A DNA stretch of 64,000 nucleotides from the IMG/VR virus record IMGVR_UViG_3300020392_000010, positions 21,192-85,191 of that record; one strand, written 5' to 3'. The position numbers and the translations under genes were made by a program. The notes under the pieces are model-generated. The model had not been told where the DNA came from, made no database searches, and saw only the letters and a list, made by a program, of their open reading frames with translations. Source of the DNA: a virus. Positions 1-9,983 of this stretch are shown one piece after another; positions within the stretch are counted from its first letter, which is position 1; each line of letters opens with the position of its first letter.

Positions 1-2
1 AA

Positions 3-320
3 AAGGGAATACTACAAGTCTCTGATAATACAGAGGAAGCAATATCTCAAATAAAAATGACTGTTCTTACAGAAAAAGGTAGTGTGCTAGGAGAACCTAA
101 TTTTGGGTTAGATGTTAATAAATATCTTTTTGACTTTGATACGGATCCATTTGGATTATCAAATGAAGCCAATGAACAAATAGAAAGATATGTTTCCTCT
201 TCTAAAATAAAAAATATTGACGTAACGCCTGCTAAATATACCGATGAAAAAGATAGAGACGTTTTTGTGTTAAAAATAAATATAGACGGAGATAATCCAT
301 TTGGAATATTCTACGGATAA
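3..320 (+). CDS. Baseplate wedge protein, gp25-like (5'-truncated by window edge)
   Basis: Frame is open from base 3 (KGILQVSDNTEEAISQIKMTVLTEKGSVLGEPNFG); the 'I..IL.T.KG....P.FG' pattern is typical of gp25/GPW family. Confidence 0.7.
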   Translation, partial: KGILQVSDNTEEAISQIKMTVLTEKGSVLGEPNFGLDVNKYLFDFDTDPFGLSNEANEQIERYVSSSKIKNIDVTPAKYTDEKDRDVFVLKINIDGDNPFGIFYG

Positions 321-338
321 ATTAATTAAGCGAAAATG

Positions 339-2078
339 TTATAATTGACCTTCTCCTTTAGTTTCACCACCATCCACTACTTCACCTCCTCCTTCAGGGG
401 CTGCTGCGTCTCCTCCTGGAGCGGCTGCTGCTGCTCCTGCTGCTCCTGCGTCTGGGGCTCCAGCTGCATCGGCTCCTCCTGGAGCGGCTGCTGCTTGTTG
501 CTCAGCTTCTTCTTTTTCCTCCTGTTCCTGTATGATGTAATTTTTATTAGTTGCAATTTCATCATCGGACATTTTGAGTTCTTTTCTAATTAGATACTCA
601 GTAGAGAAATATGGAGTGCCGTCGTCATTCATTACACCTTTCATAGCAGTAAAGCTAGCTAATCTCTTGTTAGCTACTTCTCTTTCTTTCATTTCTTCAA
701 ATAAATTATCATTGTTAAATACAACACCTATAGCATTCTTAAACTTATGATCTCCTTTTATTTGAGGTATATCTAATTCCATTTGTAACCACAGCGGTTT
801 AGTTATAAGTTCTTGTATAGTTGTTCTAATTCTATTTATGAATTTATTATATCTTATTTCTTCACGGGTTATACCTTCTGCATTAAGTGTAAATGCTCCC
901 ATTCCAGATTGACCTTCCCAACGTGAATATGGTATTTTAGAATCCATTTTTAATTTCTTTAAAAAGTGATTAAGTAACTCGGAACCAGATAAATTAGGAC
1001 CGGGATATTGTAAAGGTTCTATTTTTACCTGTTCATTTCTATCATTAACCGGAAGAATATAATTTTTATAGAATAAAATGTTAGGTTGTCCATTTACTTT
1101 TATTTCACCTGATTCATTATCAAAGTTAATATCCTCTTTAAGAATATTTAAAAACTCCCTGACATCTTCCTGTGCCTTTTGAATTGATTTAGAACCAACG
1201 GGTACCGTTGTAGTTAATCTAATAGGCGCATTCATAACGTGCCATATTACTTTACTTTGTTCTATTATTCTTAATAGGTTAAATGATCTAATTAATCGTT
1301 CTACAAAGCTAACTCTCTTTGTTCTAAAATGATTAGAATAAGATAGGTAAATTATTTGAGAATCAGTAAGCGTTCTGGTTTCTGTACTATTAGGAGTGTA
1401 TTGAGTCCATTGTAGAAATAATTTACCTGCATTATCTTTTGATAATTGAGGAACTACGCTAGTTGGATCTAATTCCTTATATCCTATTATCTCTCTAGGT
1501 TTTTGAGGATTATCATATATTATTTCAAAGGCTAAATGGCCTTCTACTAAATATTGATATACATATTGCCAGGCAGATATACCTTCTCCAAAGCCCCATG
1601 AATTGTATATTTTATGAAAGTTTTCATTATATTTTCTTATTACATTATCTTGATATTTTAATCTCTGTTCCTTTGAATTTCCTTTATACATCATTTTACC
1701 CACTGGGTCAGAAGGTTGACAAAACATGTTTTCGTCATCATATACAATTACATCATCGGTAATTGTTTCTAGTACAAATTCTATTTCCCCATTAGATGCA
1801 ATGTCTCTAAGTCTTTCTCTTTTTATAGCGTAATCTAATTGAAAGAACGCAACAGCCTTTGTTCTTAATTGAGAAGTAGTATCAGAGATTGCCATAGACA
1901 TTCTCATCATTTCGTTTTGACCATATTGTTCATTACTTCTAGCCATTAATTGACTTTCAATAAACCCTATAGCTTGTGAATTTTTGAGAAGCAGGTCTTC
2001 ATGCCTTACATTAAATCTACTTAATGCAGATAATCTACTACTTAATCTATTTACTGTATTTTCTAAAAATCCTGCCAT
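339..2078 (-). CDS. gp20: Portal vertex protein (T4 gp20-like) with Ala/Gly/Pro-rich C-terminal tail
   Basis: Motifs EIEFVLETITDDVIV, RSFNLLRIIEQSKVIWHVMNAP, KIPYSRW, EGITREEIRYNKFINRIR match T4-type portal; 579 aa. Confidence 0.9.
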   Translation of the reverse strand: MAGFLENTVNRLSSRLSALSRFNVRHEDLLLKNSQAIGFIESQLMARSNEQYGQNEMMRMSMAISDTTSQLRTKAVAFFQLDYAIKRERLRDIASNGEIEFVLETITDDVIVYDDENMFCQPSDPVGKMMYKGNSKEQRLKYQDNVIRKYNENFHKIYNSWGFGEGISAWQYVYQYLVEGHLAFEIIYDNPQKPREIIGYKELDPTSVVPQLSKDNAGKLFLQWTQYTPNSTETRTLTDSQIIYLSYSNHFRTKRVSFVERLIRSFNLLRIIEQSKVIWHVMNAPIRLTTTVPVGSKSIQKAQEDVREFLNILKEDINFDNESGEIKVNGQPNILFYKNYILPVNDRNEQVKIEPLQYPGPNLSGSELLNHFLKKLKMDSKIPYSRWEGQSGMGAFTLNAEGITREEIRYNKFINRIRTTIQELITKPLWLQMELDIPQIKGDHKFKNAIGVVFNNDNLFEEMKEREVANKRLASFTAMKGVMNDDGTPYFSTEYLIRKELKMSDDEIATNKNYIIQEQEEKEEAEQQAAAAPGGADAAGAPDAGAAGAAAAAPGGDAAAPEGGGEVVDGGETKGEGQL

Positions 2079-2101
2079 TATATGTAATTATATTTTATAA
2101 A

Positions 2102-2109
2102 TATTTATC
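2102..2109 (-). promoter_or_regulatory. Late-promoter-like GATAAATA upstream of portal
   Basis: Reverse complement of tatttatc; same motif precedes other structural genes; T4 late promoter is TATAAATA. Confidence 0.55.
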
Positions 2110-2111
2110 TA

Positions 2112-2789
2112 TTAAAAGAATTTAGATTCAAATCTTTCAAATATTCCCTGTAATCCTCCAATCTTTTGATTGAATGTAATACCATTTGAAGTTATTCCCA
2201 TATTATATAAACTAGGAAGAGTGTTCCAATCTAGTAATCTAACTTTCTTTATACTATTTATCTCATAGTTTTTAACTGCAAAGCTAACATTAGCATTAAC
2301 TACTTTGTTCATAAAAGATTCACTTACAGCTAAGAAAGGTTGTAAATATTGTTGATTTCTAAGCCTCTCTTTTAAAGGAGCTTCTATTGTTTTTAAATCT
2401 TCACTAACATAAGGCTCTATAAAATTGTTTTTAACATTCATTAATGCATAATAAGAATCTAGCACAAGCCTCCTATACTTTGGTTCCATTAGCTTTAAAT
2501 TAAGAATGGATTGATAGTTTTCATTGTTTAAACTTAAGGCGATGCCAATGGGCATTATATCATAATAAGGCTTTTTTGTTATATTTAGCTTTTCCCCTAT
2601 ATTTTCTTTATATTCTTGCTGATCAAAAGGTATTAACTCAGGGGATATTTGAAAACCAGGGTCTATACCTAATGAATACATGTGACCAGGTATAAGAGAA
2701 GGTGTCATGGCTATGCCATGATCTTCTACAATTTTAAAAGGATCTTCTATTTGGTATTTTAAGCTTATTTCTCTTAGTAACTTAGCCAT
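2112..2789 (-). CDS. gp2: DNA end protector protein (T4 gp2-like)
   Basis: IPGHMY...KPYYDIMP...LNLKLMEPKYR...AVKNY pattern resembles gp2 (PGxMY..PYYD.FP..LNLHYLPP..R); adjacent to gp4-like gene. Confidence 0.6.
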   Translation of the reverse strand: MAKLLREISLKYQIEDPFKIVEDHGIAMTPSLIPGHMYSLGIDPGFQISPELIPFDQQEYKENIGEKLNITKKPYYDIMPIGIALSLNNENYQSILNLKLMEPKYRRLVLDSYYALMNVKNNFIEPYVSEDLKTIEAPLKERLRNQQYLQPFLAVSESFMNKVVNANVSFAVKNYEINSIKKVRLLDWNTLPSLYNMGITSNGITFNQKIGGLQGIFERFESKFF

Positions 2790-2810
2790 ATATTTTATTG
2801 CTTAATATTA

Positions 2811-2836
2811 TTCTACAATATCTGTGTAAAAAGTTT
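2811..2836 (-). promoter_or_regulatory. AAAC-N16-GTAGAA bipartite promoter-like motif
   Basis: One of nine copies with identical 16-nt spacing, each just upstream of a gene start. Confidence 0.6.
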
Positions 2837-2841
2837 TGTTT

Positions 2842-3357
2842 CTATCTAAAGTTATTAAATAGAAAGTTTTCAGTTATTATTCCAAATTTTATTCCTTTGG
2901 AATCAGCGTAATCTTTTGCAGCCTCGAATTTAGCTCTATTTACTAGATATGCTTTAGTGTGACTGAGATATTGCTTCATTTGTTTTTCAGTCATTTTTTT
3001 AACAGGTTTAGGGGGCTGGGTATATTTTAAGGGTTTTATTTCTAAAATCCATTTTTTAAAGTTTCCACTCTTATCTTTTGTTACAATATATGCATCTACC
3101 CAGTATTTACAAGTTTTTTTACTAACTGGATTCCAATAGGCTATACCTACTGGTTCTGAGGAATATTTTAATATTTTTTCATTGTCATCGCAAAACTTTA
3201 AAAATTTATATTCCCAACTAGATCGGTATATTATTTGAGAAACGTCGCCTTCGTATTTTTCAGGATTTTTAGGAACAAAATATCCTTGCCTAATTTTTCC
3301 TCTTCTAGGTTTAAGAGTATCTTTTATACTTTTAGACTTATTATTTTTATTAGACAT
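2842..3357 (-). CDS. gp4: Head completion nuclease (T4 gp4-like, TnsA-type PD-(D/E)xK)
   Basis: QGYFVPKNPEKYEGD..IIYRSSWEYKFLKFCD..ILKYSSEP..YWVD..LEIKP..NRAKFEAA. Confidence 0.9.
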   Translation of the reverse strand: MSNKNNKSKSIKDTLKPRRGKIRQGYFVPKNPEKYEGDVSQIIYRSSWEYKFLKFCDDNEKILKYSSEPVGIAYWNPVSKKTCKYWVDAYIVTKDKSGNFKKWILEIKPLKYTQPPKPVKKMTEKQMKQYLSHTKAYLVNRAKFEAAKDYADSKGIKFGIITENFLFNNFR

Positions 3358-3782
3358 TAATCATCAGCATTATCTCCAATGAAGGCATCGGCCTTTTTAG
3401 GGTCTAATTTACCTTGTTCTACGAGCTTTACTACCAATGCTGACATTGCTAAATTTTCAGGAACACCGTCTTTATCCATCATTTCTATTTCGTTAGAGTC
3501 ATACGCATTTTTTAAGTCGTTGTATGCTTCTTCAGCTGCTCTTTCAACATCTTCTTCAGAACCAACTGCATCTACTAAATCTTCTATTATATCTTCAGCT
3601 AAATTTAGTTCACTAACTGTTTCTTCATCCTCGCTTGGACCTTCTCCCATAGTGTCTTCTATTGCTTTTCCTCTTTTTATTTCATAAGAAGATAATTCAT
3701 TGTTTTTATCAAGGTCCGCTTTTTCTGGGTTCTTTAGACCGTGATTTTTAAACTCAGCTAATGTTTTTATTAATTTTTCCAT
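3357..3782 (-). CDS. Hypothetical acidic protein, candidate internal head protein
   Basis: 141-aa ORF; N-terminus MEKLIKTLAEF resembles capsid-targeting motif; DLDKNNELSSYE resembles an EF-hand loop. Confidence 0.6.
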   Translation of the reverse strand: MEKLIKTLAEFKNHGLKNPEKADLDKNNELSSYEIKRGKAIEDTMGEGPSEDEETVSELNLAEDIIEDLVDAVGSEEDVERAAEEAYNDLKNAYDSNEIEMMDKDGVPENLAMSALVVKLVEQGKLDPKKADAFIGDNADD

Positions 3783-3813
3783 TTTAATAATTAGTATTAT
3801 TTTTTTTATTTAT

Positions 3814-4953
3814 TTACAAATACAGTATGTCAAACATTGAATTTGTAAAATAAGCATTTAAAGTGCTATTAAACTCTTTAATATTAAACATTGGACCATT
3901 TATTGAGCTTAAAAAAACATATAATGAATTTACATCATTTATTTTTTTAATGTCTATTAATTCATGAGGAAAATCTTTCTTTAAATCTTTTATTAATTTT
4001 GACCACATAAAAACCGTATATCCATCCTGTAAAAGTTTTATTGATTGATTTTTACCTGCTTTATCATTGTCAAACAATATTCTAAATTTAGTTTCTTCAG
4101 ATAACATTGAGATTGTTTCTTTAATTTTTCCAGTACCAGTTGAGGCTATTCCATTATATAGAAACATAGAATCAAACTGCCCTTCACAAATAGTTATAAT
4201 TTTTTTAAAATCTACATTAAGAATATTAAATATATTGTTTAATGAATCTATTTCATTTAACTGATCTTTGGACATAAATAACCTGGAAATATCCTTATCT
4301 ATTTCGGAATAATTCATCATTTTGTATTTAGGGCCTCTATAATTATCATCTATTGCCCTAACCGAATACCCTAATATCTTATTAGATACATCATCCTTGT
4401 TAAAGATGAATATTTTTTCTGATTTAGAATCTTCATAACAACATTCTAAAAAAGAATTACATATATCTAGTTTTCTAGCTTTTGCATAACCTTTACAATT
4501 AGAATTTTTTGATTTTTTTATTCTAGTTAAAGAAAACCTATGTGTAAAATAATCTATGTCTAATAATTTCTCTTTTAGATTGTCGTTTATTAAAAAATTA
4601 AGAAGAGATAATTTTTTTCTAGATTTTACATTAGCTTCTAGTTCTCCTTTAACAAACATATCAGGTGGCATTAGACTATATTCCTGACAATATTTAGCTA
4701 TAAATTTATCCAGGGTCATAAATATCATACAACCATCATTATAGCATTTATAAGTTTTACTTTCTAAGTATATGTTTCCTCTTTTTTTAGATTTCTTTTT
4801 TTCAGAATCACCGCATATAGGACATGCTAGGTTTATTTTTTTAGGATTTGAAAAATCTATTTCTTGTTTTATTGAGTCGTTTGGAAAACGGTTTGAAACT
4901 AAATCTTTTAAGAAATTAGGGAGAGTAGTATTAGTATCTAAATCGATTATCAT
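3814..4953 (-). CDS. gp61: DNA primase (T4 gp61-like)
   Basis: Zn finger CPICGDS...YKCYNDGC; TOPRIM motifs ICEGQFDSMF and ILFDNDKAG. Confidence 0.9.
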   Translation of the reverse strand: MIIDLDTNTTLPNFLKDLVSNRFPNDSIKQEIDFSNPKKINLACPICGDSEKKKSKKRGNIYLESKTYKCYNDGCMIFMTLDKFIAKYCQEYSLMPPDMFVKGELEANVKSRKKLSLLNFLINDNLKEKLLDIDYFTHRFSLTRIKKSKNSNCKGYAKARKLDICNSFLECCYEDSKSEKIFIFNKDDVSNKILGYSVRAIDDNYRGPKYKMMNYSEIDKDISRLFMSKDQLNEIDSLNNIFNILNVDFKKIITICEGQFDSMFLYNGIASTGTGKIKETISMLSEETKFRILFDNDKAGKNQSIKLLQDGYTVFMWSKLIKDLKKDFPHELIDIKKINDVNSLYVFLSSINGPMFNIKEFNSTLNAYFTNSMFDILYL

Positions 4954-4956
4954 CTA

Positions 4957-6402
4957 TTAAAATTTAAGTTCTACTTGAGGTTTTTCTTCTTGGGAATACT
5001 CTTCTAATTCTATTTTTAATCTTTTTGCTGTTCTTTTTCTAAATTGATGTAATTTAGAATTTGGAACAACCTTTGTATTTAACCCATACTTAGATATTAT
5101 ACTTAAATATTCTGTAAAGTCATCGTTTTTTATTTCAGCATTAGGGTTACCTATTATATTCCAAAATCTTTCAGGTATTTCTTCATACTCTAATGTCTTT
5201 TCATTTATTATATAAAGAGGATATTTGTCTTCATCGCTCAGTGGTTTCTTAGAACCTGTTTTAACCATTTCTATATTTCTCTTTAAATGAACATTAAATT
5301 CTGTTAAACCTAAAGCCACTAACTGTCTATTGATAGGTTCAACTATTAATGAAAAAAATTGCTTATCATAATCTAGAGGTAGAGCTACTTCAGTTGGATA
5401 GTTTCCAGGCGAATAAGCAAACACATCCCAGCCTTTGTCATTTTCTTTAGGGTAATAGTATTTTATTTTTTCTCCTTCTTTTACTTTTTCGTATTTTCCA
5501 ATTAAGTTATTAGTTACAAGTAAATGATTATAGTAAGCAGCAGCTCTTGCGTAAATAGGAATACCTTTTAGCAGTGTTAATTTATTTTCATTTTTTACAT
5601 ATTTGTCATACACTCTACAACTAAATGTTTGAGCAAGTTCATCAGTTGTTTTTAATTTCATTTCTTTTTTAATAGACTCAAAAATAGGAACTAAGTCTTC
5701 TTCTGGATTTATAGACCTTCCTTTTTCTAATATTATTTTTGTAAGATTAGACAAATGATTTCTTGCCCATATTGGATAAGAACCCTTTATCATTTCTAAA
5801 CCTTTGAATACTTCGTATTCTTTATTATTTTCTTTTAATAAAGATTGATTTGAGTTAGGCTCATATGAAACCCTAAGTGCATAATTTTTCTTTTTAAGCC
5901 ACATTGCTTTTGCGGATAAATTCTCTAATTCAAAATTTTGTTGATTAACAGTGTTAAAGTGTTTACCATACTTATCAAAAGCAGTATTGAAATATTCAGC
6001 TAATCTATATTCATCTATTTTAATACATAATTTTAAGTATTGATCCTCTGTTAATTCAGGCAATCCTTTTATGGAATTTATAGCTGAACCAAACTCTACA
6101 TATATAGAGTCAGTGTCAGTATAGATAGCTGCCTCTGATTCTATTTTTTCTATTTTATATTTATCTACACCTAATTTTTGATGAAGCTCTTTATCTAAAT
6201 GCCAGCGTTCTTTAAAGTAATAATTCACAGCTTTAATTGTAAATTTAATCAAGTCCTGCCCTTGTAAAGTTATACTTTGAGCTAAATCAACATTAAAGAA
6301 GTAAAACCATTTATTTCCAAATGCACCATATATAGAGTTAATAAGTAATTTAATTGCAAGTTGTTCTAAGTCTAATTTTTTGTATAAAGATTCCTTATTC
6401 AT
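4957..6402 (-). CDS. gp43: Family B DNA polymerase, C-terminal half (second fingers helix, palm motifs B and C, thumb)
   Basis: Begins at QLAIKLLINSIYGAFG (motif B); ITLQGQ, YTDTDSIY (motif C), KKKNYA, KGLE; lacks exonuclease and motif A. Confidence 0.92.
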   Translation of the reverse strand: MNKESLYKKLDLEQLAIKLLINSIYGAFGNKWFYFFNVDLAQSITLQGQDLIKFTIKAVNYYFKERWHLDKELHQKLGVDKYKIEKIESEAAIYTDTDSIYVEFGSAINSIKGLPELTEDQYLKLCIKIDEYRLAEYFNTAFDKYGKHFNTVNQQNFELENLSAKAMWLKKKNYALRVSYEPNSNQSLLKENNKEYEVFKGLEMIKGSYPIWARNHLSNLTKIILEKGRSINPEEDLVPIFESIKKEMKLKTTDELAQTFSCRVYDKYVKNENKLTLLKGIPIYARAAAYYNHLLVTNNLIGKYEKVKEGEKIKYYYPKENDKGWDVFAYSPGNYPTEVALPLDYDKQFFSLIVEPINRQLVALGLTEFNVHLKRNIEMVKTGSKKPLSDEDKYPLYIINEKTLEYEEIPERFWNIIGNPNAEIKNDDFTEYLSIISKYGLNTKVVPNSKLHQFRKRTAKRLKIELEEYSQEEKPQVELKF

Positions 6403-6420
6403 TATAAAATATTTATTATC

Positions 6421-6446
6421 TTTTATAAATAATCTAAAGAAGGTTT
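6421..6446 (-). promoter_or_regulatory. AAAC-N16-ATAAAA promoter-like motif upstream of polymerase C-half
   Basis: Same spacing as other copies; one mismatch (G to A) in the downstream element. Confidence 0.45.
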
Positions 6447-6451
6447 TAAAT

Positions 6452-7006
6452 ATGTTTTATAAAAAATTTCCATTTTTAAAATCTTTTCCATTTGATCACT
6501 ATGAAATATCTGGAGGAGAAGAAACGGGCAATAAAGAAGGAAAATTAAGTGAATTATTTGATGATGAATTATACAATTTTAAGTATTTTTCTAGAGATAA
6601 GGATATTACTATATCTTTTTATGATAGCGATATTGAATTTTTAAATAGAATATCTAGTGAAATTAAATCACTTGACTCTATTAGAAAAAGTATTGATAAA
6701 GGTTTAAATTCAGATGACATGTTAATAAAATTTTCATCAATAAGAAAAGCAAAAACTTTTTTAAAGAAAGTTAAATCCCCAGCAGAGGACGCCGGTACAT
6801 TTAAAACCGTACTAAATGGTTTACAAGAAATTAACGAAGTTAATTTATCTAAGGATATTATTAAAAAAATAGATAAATTAGACAAAAAATTAAAGGATGA
6901 AAAACTAAATGTTAACGAGTCAATAACAATAGATTCATATTTAGATTTTCAATTACATCACGCTAAGATAATGTTAGGCGTTGTTATAGCATCAAAAATA
7001 CACTAA
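6452..7006 (+). CDS. Hypothetical protein
   Basis: ORF track 6380..7006; ATG at 6452 follows TATAAATA (6424-6431) and avoids overlap with the polymerase gene. Confidence 0.6.
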   Translation: MFYKKFPFLKSFPFDHYEISGGEETGNKEGKLSELFDDELYNFKYFSRDKDITISFYDSDIEFLNRISSEIKSLDSIRKSIDKGLNSDDMLIKFSSIRKAKTFLKKVKSPAEDAGTFKTVLNGLQEINEVNLSKDIIKKIDKLDKKLKDEKLNVNESITIDSYLDFQLHHAKIMLGVVIASKIH

Positions 7007-7014
7007 ATATATAT

Positions 7015-7776
7015 ATGAGCAGAAAAAGCAGAAGAAATAAAAGGCTATCAGAAGCCGAAATTCAAGAGGTAGAAGAATTTGTATGGAGTAGAAATGTGGA
7101 AGAGGATAAATTTTTACAAACTATGTCTATAAATACTAAATGCAAAACTAACAATCAAAAGGTATTAGTTAATTCTATAAAACAAAATATGATAACTATA
7201 TGCAGCGGCCTCCCTGGATCTGGAAAAACTTTTTTATCTTGCTCAGAAGCACTTAAACTAATAAAATCAAGGCCTAAATATAAGAGAATAGTGCTAGTAA
7301 AATCCATTACACCTCTTAAAAATGAAGAAATAGGACATTTGCCAGGGGACTTAAAAGAAAAAATGGCACCTATAATGGAATCATTTACTGACAATATTAG
7401 AAAGCTAATTGGTAAAACTAGAATGGAAAAACTAATAGAATTAGGAGTAATAGAAATTGTACCTATTGCTTTTGCTAGGGGTAGAAGTATAGATAATTCT
7501 ATTATATTAATAGATGAAGCTCAAAACATATCATTAGATAATATTAGAACGCTAATGACAAGAATAGGTGATAACTCTAAAATGGTAATTATGGGTGATG
7601 TCAAACAAAAGGATATAAGAAATAAAAAAGACAGTTCCCTAGAAATAGTTTTAAATAAGTTTAAAGACGTAGAAGGTTTTGGATGCGTTGAACTAAGAGA
7701 CCCAGAAGACGTAGTTAGAAATCCTATTATTAAAGTAGTTGAGCAGATATTTGATAGTATGGAAGATAAAAAATAG
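7015..7776 (+). CDS. phoH: PhoH-family ATPase
   Basis: GLPGSGKT Walker A, IGHLPGDLKEK, FARGRSIDN, IDEAQN, MTRIG, GDVKQKD, VVRNP. Confidence 0.95.
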   Translation: MSRKSRRNKRLSEAEIQEVEEFVWSRNVEEDKFLQTMSINTKCKTNNQKVLVNSIKQNMITICSGLPGSGKTFLSCSEALKLIKSRPKYKRIVLVKSITPLKNEEIGHLPGDLKEKMAPIMESFTDNIRKLIGKTRMEKLIELGVIEIVPIAFARGRSIDNSIILIDEAQNISLDNIRTLMTRIGDNSKMVIMGDVKQKDIRNKKDSSLEIVLNKFKDVEGFGCVELRDPEDVVRNPIIKVVEQIFDSMEDKK

Positions 7777-7887
7777 CAGATAAATTACACAAAAATTAAA
7801 AAATTAGCACGGTAATTTTAAATAATTTTATTTTTAAAAAAAGCTGCATCGACTATAAAATAAATAAAATAAAAAATTTAAAAAACA

Positions 7888-9372
7888 ATGATATTTCCAA
7901 GAGACATTATAGCAAAATTAAAATGGAAACTGCTAGGTAAAGGCTTATTCAGTCAATGGCAAGATAGCCTAACCTACGGTCCTCCATACGGACCGCCCCC
8001 AATCTCAGGGCCTAACTGGGATAATCCTGATGATTATAGTTCTCTTCAAGCAAGAGGATTAGTTGGCGAATTAACTGATAATTCAGAAGGTATTCGAGTT
8101 TTAGAAGACCAAATACAAGATATTGATGATTTAATTAGCACTGCAAAAGATTACTTGGAAAATGCTCAGGAATATCCTGTTCAAGTATTCGAATTATTAG
8201 AATTTGCTTGGAATTTATGTGCAAATGATCCAGTGTATGAAAGCGACTTAAATATAGAAGGTTTTGGAAATGCAGCATTTAAAGCATACGTTAAAACAGG
8301 CGCTGCACCAAATGAAGTAATTCAAAACGGAGAAGAATTAGTATCAGCACTAAAATCACAAGAATTTAGATATTTTCCAGGCGCAACTTTAGATAACAGA
8401 AAAGCCGCAATTGAAAACGTTATCGAGGCTAGGCATGAGAAACTTATGATAGAATTTGAAAATTTAATTCAAAGATCTTGGATTAATGGAAAACTATTTA
8501 GAGAATTAGACCCTAGTAAGAAAATATATGAAATATGGAAAAACTTTGAAGCAACATGGTTAGTAAAAGTTTTTGAAGGATTTCTTTCCGAGAGTCAAAT
8601 TGCAAGCATTGTTACACCAAAGAAAAAAGGCGCATTAGAAGTCGTGGAAGAGTTTATTAAAGCAATTCCATTTAGATTGACCGAGGATGTTCAAAAAATG
8701 AATAAGGAAATCTTTGTGACTGGCATGCAAATTAAACCTGCTGAAAAAGGCGAAGAGAAAGAAGAAACAGAAATCTATGACAAGCTTAATATTCAAATGG
8801 CAGCAATAGCAGCTAAAATTCAAAAAGAGATTGAAGAATTAGGAAAAAGCGAAGCTCAGCAGAATATAAATGATAAACACGAAGCAGAGATGGCTAATGT
8901 AAATAAAAATATAGAAGAATCTTTAGAAGTTTTAAATAAAGATAATCCATATAAGCCAGATGATCTTGAAATACTTAAGAAAGAATACGCTGCGATTGTA
9001 GAAGCATCTCTTACTAATAAAGATTTACTTGAAATAAGAATAGAGGAAATAAAACAGGCTGTTGAGGAAGCAAATGATGCAAGAAAGGAAGTAAGAGACA
9101 AATTAGATTCAGATGTTAGAGAAATAATTGAAAATAATAGTACTCTACCTCCAGCAATCGATCTTTTAACAACAGAGGTTAACTTTGACGAAATTATTGG
9201 TAAAATTTTAGAAGCAGCTTCTAGAGGAGATCAATCAATAACTTTTGAAAATCTATCAATACAAGAAGCATACCTATGTATGATTAAGGGTTATGAAGTA
9301 AAAGCAATAGATGATATTACGTTTAAAATTAGCTGGACTAGAGCTAATGTCTTTGCGGAATCACAAAAATAA
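7888..9372 (+). CDS. Hypothetical acidic coiled-coil protein, possibly virion-associated
   Basis: 494-aa ORF with ATAAATA upstream and a strong terminator downstream; no family recognised. Confidence 0.7.
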   Translation: MIFPRDIIAKLKWKLLGKGLFSQWQDSLTYGPPYGPPPISGPNWDNPDDYSSLQARGLVGELTDNSEGIRVLEDQIQDIDDLISTAKDYLENAQEYPVQVFELLEFAWNLCANDPVYESDLNIEGFGNAAFKAYVKTGAAPNEVIQNGEELVSALKSQEFRYFPGATLDNRKAAIENVIEARHEKLMIEFENLIQRSWINGKLFRELDPSKKIYEIWKNFEATWLVKVFEGFLSESQIASIVTPKKKGALEVVEEFIKAIPFRLTEDVQKMNKEIFVTGMQIKPAEKGEEKEETEIYDKLNIQMAAIAAKIQKEIEELGKSEAQQNINDKHEAEMANVNKNIEESLEVLNKDNPYKPDDLEILKKEYAAIVEASLTNKDLLEIRIEEIKQAVEEANDARKEVRDKLDSDVREIIENNSTLPPAIDLLTTEVNFDEIIGKILEAASRGDQSITFENLSIQEAYLCMIKGYEVKAIDDITFKISWTRANVFAESQK

Positions 9373-9395
9373 TTTACAATAGTTTAATTATATTT

Positions 9396-9425
9396 AAAAA
9401 GGGAATCACAAGATTCCCTTTTTTT
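9396..9425 (+). terminator. Intrinsic terminator (possibly bidirectional)
   Basis: AAAAA-GGGAATC-acaa-GATTCCC-TTTTTTT. Confidence 0.85.
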
Positions 9426-9475
9426 GTATGTTATATTTTGATATATAAAAATATATTAAAAAAAGAAAAATAGAT

Positions 9476-9724
9476 ATGAAAAATTATATTAAAAATTTTA
9501 GCCAATATCAAAAGATCAACGAAGAAAAAGGTTGTAGTTATGGAAGCGATCCAAGTAACAGTGATTTTAAAATATACTCGTCTAGTGGATCATTAATGCG
9601 TACATCTAAAAATGGAAAATGCGGAGATGTAACTAGAGAAGATTGTGAAAAAGCATGTAAAGATGGTTCTATGAAGAAGCATAAAAACGGCTATCAATAC
9701 TGTGAAGGTTATCCAAAAAAATAA
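9476..9724 (+). CDS. Small Cys-rich protein with capsid-targeting-like N-terminus
   Basis: MKNYIKNFSQYQKINEE then 5 Cys. Confidence 0.7.
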   Translation: MKNYIKNFSQYQKINEEKGCSYGSDPSNSDFKIYSSSGSLMRTSKNGKCGDVTREDCEKACKDGSMKKHKNGYQYCEGYPKK

Positions 9725-9734
9725 AAGCACAACT

Positions 9735-9983
9735 ATGAAAAATTATATTAAAAATAGTGAACAGTTTATAAAATTAAACGAAAATAAAGACCAGCCTGTC
9801 TTTATTGATACTCAATGCGATGACATTCAATCATATTGCGATAGTATAAAACAGTGCTGTGCTAAAGCTAAAAGAATTAAAGGAGGTGATATGTTTCCTA
9901 AAGGCGGAGGTCAAACGTTAGAGACTCTATGCAAACAACTAAAAGAAGTTGAAGCTAAAATCAACTCAATGGTAGCGGGTTAA
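9735..9983 (+). CDS. Small Cys-rich protein with capsid-targeting-like N-terminus
   Basis: Probable start ATG 9735 (MKNYIKNSEQFIKLNEN); first 21 nt identical to the preceding gene's start. Confidence 0.7.
   Translation: MKNYIKNSEQFIKLNENKDQPVFIDTQCDDIQSYCDSIKQCCAKAKRIKGGDMFPKGGGQTLETLCKQLKEVEAKINSMVAG

Noticed and set aside
345-593. Cys/Ser-rich + strand ORF and other short antisense ORFs in the track (e.g. 3379, 22154, 44568, 46767, 52946)
   Set aside because: Shadows of well-supported genes on the opposite strand; 345..593 mirrors the portal's Ala/Gly tail
2842-3357. TnsA transposase / mobile element
   Set aside because: Matches T4 gp4 head-completion protein in a portal/gp2 context; no TnsB/C or terminal repeats
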